From: an uncultured Gemmatimonadales bacterium | GTDB lineage: Bacteria; Gemmatimonadota; Gemmatimonadetes; Gemmatimonadales; Gemmatimonadaceae | Direction: 5' to 3' | Length of the DNA: 64,000 nucleotides | NCBI GenBank assembly: GCA_963701965.1 | Contig: OY969695.1 | Location: 3,648,001 to 3,712,000 of the forward strand | Shown here: positions 1-8,251 of the stretch, one piece after another | Layout: every line of letters starts with the position of its first letter | How positions within the stretch are numbered: position 1 is the stretch's first letter | Program-made: the position numbers and the translations under genes | The notes under the pieces: generated by a model | What the model was told of the DNA's origin: nothing | Database searches by the model: none | Seen by the model: the letters and a program-made list of their open reading frames with translations, nothing else

Positions 1-148
1 AATGCGCCGCATCCGCGATCGTCGCTGCGCTCTGGGTCGTCGCCGCGCGCGCGGGTGCGATATCCTCTCGCACGGCGTCCGCTTGCGCAGCAATCCACCC
101 GCCCATCGTCAGAAAGACGGCGATGAGCACCACGTCCGTTCGCTTCAT
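1..148 (-). CDS. N-terminal part of a secreted/membrane-anchored hypothetical protein, truncated by the window edge
   Basis: Manual translation from ATG at 148: MKRTDVVLIAVFLTMGGWIAAQADAVREDIAPARAATTQSAA..., basic N-terminus plus hydrophobic stretch; open to position 1; absent from the ORF track. Confidence 0.6.
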   Translation of the reverse strand, partial: MKRTDVVLIAVFLTMGGWIAAQADAVREDIAPARAATTQSAATIADAAH

Positions 149-548
149 CCACTAATCGACGATCAGGCGCACCGGGACGGCACGCCTGAATAAACAAATG
201 CGTATGTTTTGTGCCGCGGGCGCGGCACAGCTACGATAACTCGACCATTACCCTCTCAAACGCAAGCACGTTCCCTGGTTTTCCCGATCTTTTTATGCGC
301 GGCGGTCGCCGCGTGTTCGAGCGCCACATCCCCCGCCGATCGTGGCCCGGAGGGCGAGGTCTAGACCACATTCCCGCCAAACCGTCTCAGATCACCGTCT
401 ATCTCTCCCCGGGTAGCTACTCGGTGGCGGCGTGCGACGTGACGAGTAACCACACCGTTTACTGTGGCCAGGCGATGCCCGTTATCGTGACGCCGTAGCC
501 GCGACCCGCCGGAGCGCCCACGAGGCGTGGTCGCGGATTCTGACATCG

Positions 549-1130
549 CTAACGGCGCACGAAAGCGAGTAGCGGGGTGAAGTCGCCTCTGTCGGCCGCG
601 CGCAGCGCATCGAGATAAGTCCGTCGCGCGTTGCTTGCCGCAACGAGATCACCGCTGCCCCATGAAAATCGCGGCTGGTCGTCGGCATGTAAAAGCGCAT
701 CCGCCATGAGTCGAGCCCAGCGACCATTGCCGTTGGGCCAGGGATGCACGATCACCAACTGGTAGTGGAGTCGCGCCGCCGTGTCGTCGAGCGAGTACGC
801 TTGGTCGACTCGCCATTGCATGGCATCCGCGAGGCGCTCGCGGAGCGCGACGCGTACCTGGCTGGCGGGGACGCCCATGTTCTTGTCCGTACGCCGATAG
901 TGCCCCGACCACGCCCAGGTCTCATCGAACATCCGACAATGCAGTTGCTCGGCAAACCGGGGAGTGAGGATCGTCGACGCCGAACGGCGCCGGCGCGAAA
1001 TCGCCCATTCATCCGCGCGTGCAATGTTCAGCTGCTCCCACGCGTTCAACTCCGCTTGCGTCGTGATATGGGTTGGCAAGAGCCCCTCGGCCTCATCATG
1101 GTCGAGGGGCGTGGAGCGCGGACCTGCCAT
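549..1130 (-). CDS. Fic-domain protein, mobile mystery protein B type
   Basis: Fic motif HPWPNGNGRWAR; N-terminus TPLDHDEAEGLLPTHITTQAELNAWEQLNI; directly downstream of the HTH partner; start taken at ATG 1130. Confidence 0.9.
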   Translation of the reverse strand: MAGPRSTPLDHDEAEGLLPTHITTQAELNAWEQLNIARADEWAISRRRRSASTILTPRFAEQLHCRMFDETWAWSGHYRRTDKNMGVPASQVRVALRERLADAMQWRVDQAYSLDDTAARLHYQLVIVHPWPNGNGRWARLMADALLHADDQPRFSWGSGDLVAASNARRTYLDALRAADRGDFTPLLAFVRR

Positions 1131-1131
1131 A

Positions 1132-1647
1132 TCACTTCGGCCGGTATCGGCGACCCGCGGCCTGTCGCTTGGTTGGCGAGGGCTCGATATCCCAGAGGCG
1201 TCGCGGATTCTCGACCAATGCGGCCGCCAAGTCGGCGATCTGCGCGTCGAGATCGACGTCTCGCACGGCCTGGTCTTCGAGTGCCATGCTGTGCGCGACC
1301 CCCTGTAGCTTCTGAACTGCCACCTCGCGGGCACGCCGTTCGAGCACGCCGTCCAATGGGAGGCGAGGCACTATGGCGTACACGAGATCGCTGTCCAACG
1401 CCTCGGCAGCGCGTCGTAGCGCGCCAAGCGTAATGGTGTCCTCCCGCTCCCGTTGCTCGAGGCGGAGGGCATTGGACGGCGTGATGCGGAGACGCGCCGC
1501 GAACTGGCGGACCGTCATATCGAGAGCACCGCGCAGCGCGGCAATCCAGCCGTCACGCGGGCGGGGCGTGGCCGCCGCGGCGTAACGCGTGAGGGTCTCG
1601 GACAGCTGTCGCCTCGCAAGGCGCTGAAATTTGCCGGGGGGAGCCAT
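1132..1647 (-). CDS. XRE-family HTH protein, mobile mystery protein A type
   Basis: PRDGWIAALRGALDMTVRQFAARL, ITLGALRRAAEALDSDLVYAIVP and HSMALEDQ motifs; paired with the Fic gene. Confidence 0.9.
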   Translation of the reverse strand: MAPPGKFQRLARRQLSETLTRYAAAATPRPRDGWIAALRGALDMTVRQFAARLRITPSNALRLEQREREDTITLGALRRAAEALDSDLVYAIVPRLPLDGVLERRAREVAVQKLQGVAHSMALEDQAVRDVDLDAQIADLAAALVENPRRLWDIEPSPTKRQAAGRRYRPK

Positions 1648-1662
1648 GCTTCTCTTTGAAGA

Positions 1663-1717
1663 TGTTGCTATATAGCGCAACAAGAGATATAGCAGAATGT
1701 TGCTATATATAGCAACA
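1663..1717. promoter_or_regulatory. Pair of 20-bp palindromic operator-like sites upstream of the HTH/Fic operon
   Basis: TGTTGCTATATAGCGCAACA (1663-1682, imperfect) and TGTTGCTATATATAGCAACA (1698-1717, perfect palindrome) in an AT-rich patch. Confidence 0.75.
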
Positions 1718-1722
1718 CCGCC

Positions 1723-2736
1723 CTAGGCTAGGGTCTTCCTCAGGGCCCACGCGGCGTGGTCGCGGACCATCGGATCGGGGTCGTGGGTCGCCGCTTTGGC
1801 GAGCGCGACGGCGTCTCCCGCCTGCCCACGGTTCCCGAGCACCACGGCGGCGTTGCGGGCCAGGCCGCGGCGCTTGGCGCGGGCGAGCGGCGTGTCGCGA
1901 TAGCGGGCGCGGAACGCGGCGTCGTCGAGCGACAGGAACTCGACCGGGTCTGGCTTGGCCAGGGAGTCGCGCCCGGCCAAGGCGGTGTCGCGCGGCGCGG
2001 TGGCGAACCGCGCGTTCCACGGGCAGACGTCCTGGCAAATGTCGCAGCCATAGAGATGGTCGCCCATGGACTCACGGAGCGGCTCCGGGATGGGGCCTTT
2101 GAGCTCGATCGTGAGATAGGAGATGCACCGGCGCGCATCCATCACCCGCGCCTCGACAAACGCGCCCGTGGGACACGCATCCAGGCACCGCGTGCAGGTG
2201 CCACAGTGATCGGGCGCGAACGGCGTATCGGACTCCAACGGCAAGTCGACGAAGAGCGCGCCCAGAAAGAAGAACGAGCCAAGGCGCGGATGGATCAACA
2301 TGGTGTTCTTGCCGAACCAGCCGAGTCCCGCCCGTCGGGCCAGGTCCCGCTCCAGGATCGGACCCGTGTCGACGTACGCCTTGCCCGGCACGGCGTGACC
2401 CACATCATGGTCGATCCACCCGTGCAGCTCGGCGAGCCGCTCCAACATGACATCGTGGTAGTCCCGCCCGCGCGCGTAGCGCGCGACGGGACCGGCAGGC
2501 GCCTTGCCGCCGTAGTCGAGCGCCACCACGATCGCGTGCGTGGCGCCGGGCACCGGGAGGCGGGTATCGCGCCGGCGCTCCGCGCCGCGCGCCAGATATC
2601 CCATCTCCCCCGCATACCCATCGGCCAGCCACGCGTCGAATGCGCTAGCGGTGGGAGCTGGACCGAGCGTGGTGATCCCGCAGAGCTGAAATCCCAGGCC
2701 GTAGGCCTGGGATTTGATGCGGGATTCGAGCGTCAT
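1723..2736 (-). CDS. queG: tRNA epoxyqueuosine(34) reductase
   Basis: ARYARGRDYH, YVDTGPILER, GLGWFGKN, CGTCTRCLDACPT, CISYLTIE, GCDICQDVCPWN. Confidence 0.95.
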   Translation of the reverse strand: MTLESRIKSQAYGLGFQLCGITTLGPAPTASAFDAWLADGYAGEMGYLARGAERRRDTRLPVPGATHAIVVALDYGGKAPAGPVARYARGRDYHDVMLERLAELHGWIDHDVGHAVPGKAYVDTGPILERDLARRAGLGWFGKNTMLIHPRLGSFFFLGALFVDLPLESDTPFAPDHCGTCTRCLDACPTGAFVEARVMDARRCISYLTIELKGPIPEPLRESMGDHLYGCDICQDVCPWNARFATAPRDTALAGRDSLAKPDPVEFLSLDDAAFRARYRDTPLARAKRRGLARNAAVVLGNRGQAGDAVALAKAATHDPDPMVRDHAAWALRKTLA

Positions 2737-2975
2737 CGCGTCGACCATCGGGCGTAGCGCTCGACGTCGCGCGGCGGCGGCACCGCATCCGCGTCGCCGT
2801 ATGCCGTGTACATCCGCCAGCGGATGTACGCCCGGTCAGGCAGCGGCAAAAACGGTGGACGCCACGGCCATCCGCGCGAGCGGAAGCGCCAGGCCACGCG
2901 GACGAGGGCGATCGCCAGCGCCGGCCGAAGTGCGGCCCGCCCGGCGAGCGCGGCGGCTAGTCGGAACCATCGCAT
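2733..2975 (-). CDS. Small hypothetical protein (80 aa)
   Basis: MRWFRLAA...PPFLPLPDRAYIRWRMYTAYG...; its stop overlaps the queG start (ATGA). Confidence 0.7.
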   Translation of the reverse strand: MRWFRLAAALAGRAALRPALAIALVRVAWRFRSRGWPWRPPFLPLPDRAYIRWRMYTAYGDADAVPPPRDVERYARWSTR

Positions 2976-4168
2976 GCTCCCGCAATCTCGCGCCTGGACG
3001 CGGGACTGGGGAGCCATCCCAATGACAGGACGCCGTACGGGTCGACCACCGTATGATCGTACCGGACCACCCAATGCAGGTGCGGCCCCGTGACCCGCCC
3101 CGAATGACCCACCAGGCCAATGACCTGGCCCCGCTCGACCGTGTCGCCGATGGCGACGCGCGTGGCGCTCAAGTGGAAGTAGCCCGTCACCAGGCCGGCG
3201 CCATGGACGACATAGACCACGGTGCCCGCGAGAAAGAAATCGGCGACGAGCGCCACCACGCCCCGATTCGACGCCACGACCGTGTCGCCCGTCGCCCCGC
3301 GAAAATCGAGGCCGGTGTGCCGCGACGTCAGCGTGCCGTTGAAACGGCGGCCGCTGGCGAATGGGCTGGTGATGCGGCTCGAGCGCGGACGCGCGAAAGG
3401 GGCACGCCACAGCGGCGGCGTCGCCAGGGCAATGGTGCCTACCGTCCGGGCCAGATCGTTCTCGCCATCGATCCGGAGCGTCAGGTCGGACGTCGGCGGC
3501 CGGCTGAACTCCGGCGCCACGCGTAGCGGCTCCGCTTTCGCGGCCCGGGCGGCGACCGCCGGTGGTGGCGCCGAGATGGGGATCAGCGTGTCGTGCGCTA
3601 CTGTCAGACTGTCACCCGTCGTGTACGCAAGCCGCAAGCGCACCGTCGGACCCGAATCGAGCGGCACCGCGGCCAGCGCAATGTATCGGGCGGAGCTGTC
3701 GCGCCGGAAAATGACGGGCTCACCCGCGAACACGCCGCGCACCGGCGCGACGCCCGGTGATTCCGCACGGACCGTCAGCGTGACGAGCGTACCGGGCGTC
3801 GGCGAAGCCGGCGCGACGACGACGCGCGGCGGTGCAGCCGTCGTCGCGCCAGCGCGCGGTGGCTCGGCCGGGTGCCCGCGCGGACAGGGAGCAAAGCGCA
3901 CGGGGACGTCGATCGTGGCCGTTGCCCCGTCCGTCACGTCCGCCAGCGCGAGCCCCAAGCCGAGCGGTGTGCGCGCCGTCACGATCCAACGTCCGGAGGG
4001 AACGGCGTCGAACGCGAATCGGCCGCTGTCGTCGGCGAATGCCCCACGACCAAGTTGCGGAATCGCCACGCGCGCCCGCGCGGCCGTGTGACCGGTGAGT
4101 GGCGCCGGTAGCGGCCACCCACGGAGCGCGGCAATGACGAGCAGTGTCGTGCGAATCAGCGTGCGCAA
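2957..4168 (-). CDS. M23 family metallopeptidase with N-terminal carboxypeptidase-regulatory-like domain
   Basis: HTGLDF (HxxxD), YFHLS and GPHLHW (HxH); signal-peptide-like N-terminus. Confidence 0.88.
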   Translation of the reverse strand: MRTLIRTTLLVIAALRGWPLPAPLTGHTAARARVAIPQLGRGAFADDSGRFAFDAVPSGRWIVTARTPLGLGLALADVTDGATATIDVPVRFAPCPRGHPAEPPRAGATTAAPPRVVVAPASPTPGTLVTLTVRAESPGVAPVRGVFAGEPVIFRRDSSARYIALAAVPLDSGPTVRLRLAYTTGDSLTVAHDTLIPISAPPPAVAARAAKAEPLRVAPEFSRPPTSDLTLRIDGENDLARTVGTIALATPPLWRAPFARPRSSRITSPFASGRRFNGTLTSRHTGLDFRGATGDTVVASNRGVVALVADFFLAGTVVYVVHGAGLVTGYFHLSATRVAIGDTVERGQVIGLVGHSGRVTGPHLHWVVRYDHTVVDPYGVLSLGWLPSPASRREIAGACDGSD

Positions 4169-4197
4169 TTGAAGGCGCCGATACCGAGGGGTAGACT
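4169..4197 (+). promoter_or_regulatory. Sigma70-type promoter for a probably leaderless LOG gene
   Basis: TTGAAG(4169-4174)-N17-TAGACT(4192-4197)-N5-ATG(4203); no Shine-Dalgarno. Confidence 0.55.
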
Positions 4198-4202
4198 ACC
4201 GC

Positions 4203-5153
4203 ATGGCGAAGAAGCGCGCCGCACGCCCACGCGTGCCACGCACCGCGACCGGAAAGAAGCTCGATCCCGACGCGCTGGCAACCGTCGAACGCGCGGCGAT
4301 CGCCGGCGTTCGCGCTCGCACGGAGGAAGGCCATATGCTCGCCGGCCGCACGCCTCCGTCGCAGCTCAACGCGTCGGGCCGGCGCTCCGGTTCGGTCAAG
4401 ATCATCGACGAAGCGATCCGCGACCGGCCGCCGATCACCGAGGACGAAAAGCTCCTCCAGCAGATCGGCCCGCACATCGATTTCACGCGGACCGACCCCT
4501 GGCGCGTGCTCAAGATCATGAGCGAGATCATCGAGGGGTTCGACACGCTGGCGTCCGTCGAGAAAGGCGTGTCGATCTTCGGCTCGGCGCGTACGGGCCC
4601 CGACGATCCGCAATACAAGCTCGCCGAGGAGACCGCGCGTCTGCTCGCCCGTGCCGGCTTCTCCATCATCACGGGCGCCGGGCCCGGCATCATGGAAGCG
4701 GGCAACAAGGGATGCCGCGAGGGCGGGGGACATTCGGTCGGCTGCAACATCGAGCTGCCGTTCGAGCAGGGCGCCAACCCGTACGTCGATACGCTCATCA
4801 ACTTCCGCTACTTCTTCGTGCGGAAGACGATGTTCATCAAGTATTCAGTGGCCTTCATCATCTTCCCAGGCGGCTACGGGACGCTGGACGAGTTGTTCGA
4901 GGCGGTCACCCTGATCCAGACGGGGAAGATCTACCAGTTCCCGGTCATACTGTTCGGCCGCCGCTATTGGGCGGGCCTGCTGCGTTGGCTGCAGGCCCGC
5001 GTGCTCACGGAGAAGAAGATCTCCCCGGGCGATCTCGACCTGATGCTACTGACCAATGACCCCGCCGAGGCGGCCGCCGCGGTCACTGCCGCGTACGCCG
5101 CTCAGACTCGTGCTGCTGGGGCGCGCATGTCCAACGGTCGCCGCGGGATGTAA
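4203..5153 (+). CDS. LOG family (TIGR00730-type) nucleotide monophosphate nucleosidase
   Basis: VSIFGSAR, ITGAGPGIMEAGNKG, FRYFFVRK, PGGYGTLDELFE. Confidence 0.92.
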   Translation: MAKKRAARPRVPRTATGKKLDPDALATVERAAIAGVRARTEEGHMLAGRTPPSQLNASGRRSGSVKIIDEAIRDRPPITEDEKLLQQIGPHIDFTRTDPWRVLKIMSEIIEGFDTLASVEKGVSIFGSARTGPDDPQYKLAEETARLLARAGFSIITGAGPGIMEAGNKGCREGGGHSVGCNIELPFEQGANPYVDTLINFRYFFVRKTMFIKYSVAFIIFPGGYGTLDELFEAVTLIQTGKIYQFPVILFGRRYWAGLLRWLQARVLTEKKISPGDLDLMLLTNDPAEAAAAVTAAYAAQTRAAGARMSNGRRGM

Positions 5154-5816
5154 CGGCAGCACGCGCTGCTGCAGCGCGGTGCCCCGGCGCTTGTAGGTGA
5201 AGTCCGTCGCCGAGCAAACGTCCAGGGTGCCAACGCTATCGGTGAAGGTGCAGTCGACAGGGCCGTAGAGGGAGTCGGCCAGGAAGTTGAACTGCTGTGT
5301 CGAGACTCGCGAGCCGGCGCCGTACGTGATCAACTCGCCCAGTCCAGTCGTGACCGACCATGCCCCGACGGAGGTATCGACCACCAAGGGGCGAATGTAG
5401 GTGAACTTCGGGCCCAGGAACGCGTTCCGAACGTCGCGGATGTGATAGTAGTCGTACTGTAGGACCGACGAGTCAGTGTTCAGCGAGAGGATCGAGCTGT
5501 CGAGGGCGAAGACCTTGACGTGCGTCGAGTCGTTCGTCGCGATGCTATCGCTGTCGAGGTAGAACGGCAGCGCCGCGCCGTTGGCGGTGATCAACTTGAA
5601 GAGCCCCGGGGCCGCACCATTGCTGGAGCCGCCGCCTCCACCGCCACCACCCGAGCCGTTCAGGCTGTCCTGATTGAGGCAGTTGGAGTAGTTATTGGCG
5701 TTCTGTGACAACTGGATAGCGGTGCACGCCGGCCCCGTGAAGTCCTGGGTCGCCGTGGTGCATGCCGCCGCTGCCCCAACCGCCACAGCAACAGCTACGA
5801 GTGTGATGCGCCTCAC
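5046..5816 (-). CDS. Hypothetical lipoprotein
   Basis: Lipobox-like AAAC after a hydrophobic stretch; Gly linker; C-terminus overlaps the LOG gene convergently by 108 bp, so the end is uncertain. Confidence 0.7.
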   Translation of the reverse strand: MRRITLVAVAVAVGAAAACTTATQDFTGPACTAIQLSQNANNYSNCLNQDSLNGSGGGGGGGGSSNGAAPGLFKLITANGAALPFYLDSDSIATNDSTHVKVFALDSSILSLNTDSSVLQYDYYHIRDVRNAFLGPKFTYIRPLVVDTSVGAWSVTTGLGELITYGAGSRVSTQQFNFLADSLYGPVDCTFTDSVGTLDVCSATDFTYKRRGTALQQRVLPLHPAATVGHARPSSTSLSGVRGSDRGGRLGGVIGQ

Positions 5817-5985
5817 TGATTTCGCTCCATTTATCCCGTCAACAGACGACGCGAAAGTCGCCCGATAGTCACGGTGCCCTTCCCTCGAAGGCTCCCGGGC
5901 CCTACGATTCGAGAAACGGATGACGCGGTCGCGCCGGAGGCGCGGTTTGCGGGGGGTGCTTGTGGCGCGGTATGTTTTTGGTCGG

Positions 5986-6017
5986 GCCCGGCCCTGTAAC
6001 GGCCGGGCTTTGTCTTT
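5986..6017 (+). terminator. Intrinsic terminator/attenuator in the greA leader
   Basis: GCCCGGCC-CTGTAAC-GGCCGGGC stem-loop followed by TTTGTCTTT, ending 20 nt before the greA ATG. Confidence 0.7.
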
Positions 6018-6037
6018 CCATATATTCGGCTAGCCTC

Positions 6038-6520
6038 ATGATAGAAGCACTAAAAGCGAAGTTGGGCGAAGAAGTCGGGAAGCTGCAGCATGAGCTCAAC
6101 GTCACTTTGCCGAATGAGATCCGGAAAGCGGTGGAGTTGGGTGACCTCCGCGAGAACAGCGAGTACAAGGCGGCACTCGAACGCCAGCAGTTTGTGCAGG
6201 CGCGCCTTGGGCAGCTGCACGAGCGACTGAGCAAACTGTCCTCCATCGACGTGACCCAGATCCCGGCCGACAAGGTCGGACTCGGCTCCCGGGTCGTGGT
6301 CGAGGATCATTCGACGAAGACCGTCGAAACGTACCACCTGGTGTTCGGCGACTCCGTCGAGCTCGAGGATGGGCACGTCAGCATGTCGTCACCGATCGGC
6401 CGTGCGCTCGTGGGCAAGAGCCTCGGGGACTCGACGGTGCTCAAGCTCCCGTCACTCACCCGGCGCCTCAAGATCATCGAGCTCCGGACGATCCACGATC
6501 TCCCCGGCGAATCGGCCTAA
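6038..6520 (+). CDS. greA: Transcription elongation factor GreA/GreB family
   Basis: ELGDLRENSEYKAA and VSMSSPIGRALVGK motifs. Confidence 0.93.
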   Translation: MIEALKAKLGEEVGKLQHELNVTLPNEIRKAVELGDLRENSEYKAALERQQFVQARLGQLHERLSKLSSIDVTQIPADKVGLGSRVVVEDHSTKTVETYHLVFGDSVELEDGHVSMSSPIGRALVGKSLGDSTVLKLPSLTRRLKIIELRTIHDLPGESA

Positions 6521-6582
6521 GGCGAATCGGCCTAAGGCGAGTCGGCCTTAGCGCTCGGTTCAGCGCTACTCGGTTCAGCGCT
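6506..6582. repeat. Short tandem duplications of both convergent gene ends
   Basis: GGCGAATCGGCCTAA x2 plus a degenerate third copy (6506-6550); CTCGGTTCAGCGCT x2 (6554-6582). Confidence 0.8.
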
Positions 6583-8239
6583 GATCGATCGAGAAAATGC
6601 GTTCGGCGTCCGCGCCGTACGCGTCGACGGCCGCCGCAATGGCGGCGTCATCCCAGCCCCGCGCCGGCGCCAGCAACTGGGCGATCCGTCGGGCGACGGA
6701 GCGTCCGGCGTCGCGCGTCTCGAACGCGATCTGCGTCCGGCGCATGAGCACGTCGGCGACCGTGCACGCCATCTCCCACTCCGCCGCGTAGACCACCTCG
6801 GCCTCCACATAGGGAAGGCCCGGCACGAGGCGCCGGCCGAGCGTGGGCTCGCGCTCGGCGATGGTCCAGACCGCGTTCCACCGGTCCCCATACGCCCTTA
6901 TGAGCCGCTCGGCGACGTCCCGGGCCCGTACGCGCGCGGCGACGGCGTCGAGCGCTCCCTCCGTCGCGCCCAGCGACCCGCCGGGTAACAGTCGCGCGGC
7001 CGTCAGGGCCGGCGTCGGCGTCCGACCCAGCGCGCGCTCGACGGCATCGACCGTCTCGGCCGCCATCGACCGGTACGTCGTCAGCTTCCCGCCGCTGATC
7101 GTGACTACCCCCGCCGAGCTGGTATCGAGCGCGTGCTCGCGCGACGCCGAGCCGGGATCGCCGGGATGCCCACCGGCCGCGATCAGCGGCCGGATGCCGG
7201 CCCACGCGCTCACGACGTCGGCCCGCGTCAACGCCGCCGCGGGGAAGCACGCATTGACCGACTCCAGCAGATACGCGACATCGGCTTCGCTGGCCCGGAC
7301 CACGTCGGGCGCCGATGTCGTCGCGGTCTCCGTCGTCCCGATGATGGTCAGCGCGCCAAACGGCAGCACGAACATGACGCGCCCGTCGACGACGGACAGG
7401 AGCGTGACGGCGCCGCGGTTGCCCACCCGCGCCGCGGGCACGGCAATGTGCACGCCTTTGGACCCCTGGACCGCCGGCGGCACGTTGGGATGATCGAGGC
7501 GGCGGATGCGGTCGCTCCACGGCCCCGCCGCATTCACGATGACGCGCGCCCGGACCGTGACCCGCCCCCGGCCGAGCGTATCGGCGATCACGGCCCCCGT
7601 AGCCCGCGGCGGCCCGCCATTCGACTCGTGCGTCAGCGCGTCGACCACCGCGTGATTCAGGACTACGGCGCCGGCGTCCGCCGCCGCCAGCGCGTTGGCT
7701 AGCGTCAGCCGCGCGTCGTCCGTCGCCGCGTCGTAGTACCGCGCGCCCCCTTCCAAGCCGTCTGAGCGGAGTGCCGGCTCACTCGCCAAAACGTCGGTGA
7801 CCGACAGCCGGCGGTGATGTCCCACGTTGCGGAACAACGCCAGTGCGTCATACAGCAAGAGTCCGGCGCCGAGCTTCCACCGTGGCACGCGCGCGCCGGT
7901 GTACACCGGCCACGTGAAGGCCAGCGGGCGCACCAGGTGCGGCGCGATCGTGAGCAGCGTCCGCCGCTCCCGGCTGGCCTCGAACACGAGATGGAGGTAG
8001 CCGTGCTCGAGATAGCGCACGCCGCCGTGGACCAACCGCGAGGACCGGCTCGACGTGCCGCTGGCAAAGTCATCGCGTTCGACGAGCGCCGTCGACAATC
8101 CGCGCAGCGCCGCATCGCGCGCGATGCCGGCTCCCGTGATGCCGCCGCCGATCACCAGCAGGTCGAAGGGCGATGCCCCCAACGCCGTGAGCGCCGCGGC
8201 TCGCGTGTTCGAAGGTGGCACGGACCCAGTCACGGCCAT
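6575..8239 (-). CDS. glpD: FAD-dependent glycerol-3-phosphate dehydrogenase
   Basis: IGGGITGAGIARDA, GTSSRSSRLVHGGVRYL, WAGIRPL, SGGKLTTYR; start trimmed from the ORF track. Confidence 0.93.
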   Translation of the reverse strand: MAVTGSVPPSNTRAAALTALGASPFDLLVIGGGITGAGIARDAALRGLSTALVERDDFASGTSSRSSRLVHGGVRYLEHGYLHLVFEASRERRTLLTIAPHLVRPLAFTWPVYTGARVPRWKLGAGLLLYDALALFRNVGHHRRLSVTDVLASEPALRSDGLEGGARYYDAATDDARLTLANALAAADAGAVVLNHAVVDALTHESNGGPPRATGAVIADTLGRGRVTVRARVIVNAAGPWSDRIRRLDHPNVPPAVQGSKGVHIAVPAARVGNRGAVTLLSVVDGRVMFVLPFGALTIIGTTETATTSAPDVVRASEADVAYLLESVNACFPAAALTRADVVSAWAGIRPLIAAGGHPGDPGSASREHALDTSSAGVVTISGGKLTTYRSMAAETVDAVERALGRTPTPALTAARLLPGGSLGATEGALDAVAARVRARDVAERLIRAYGDRWNAVWTIAEREPTLGRRLVPGLPYVEAEVVYAAEWEMACTVADVLMRRTQIAFETRDAGRSVARRIAQLLAPARGWDDAAIAAAVDAYGADAERIFSIDQR

Positions 8240-8251
8240 AATTTCCGATAG

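Noticed and set aside
1756..2757. Long antisense or alternate-frame ORFs (also 11634-12692, 30279-31907, 38220-40112, 50673-52583, 57171-59537)
   Set aside because: Shadow ORFs of well-supported genes, expected at high GC; no motifs
5046..5153. Functional 108-bp convergent overlap of the LOG and lipoprotein genes
   Set aside because: Both tails are low-complexity, and an indel or lost stop explains it equally well
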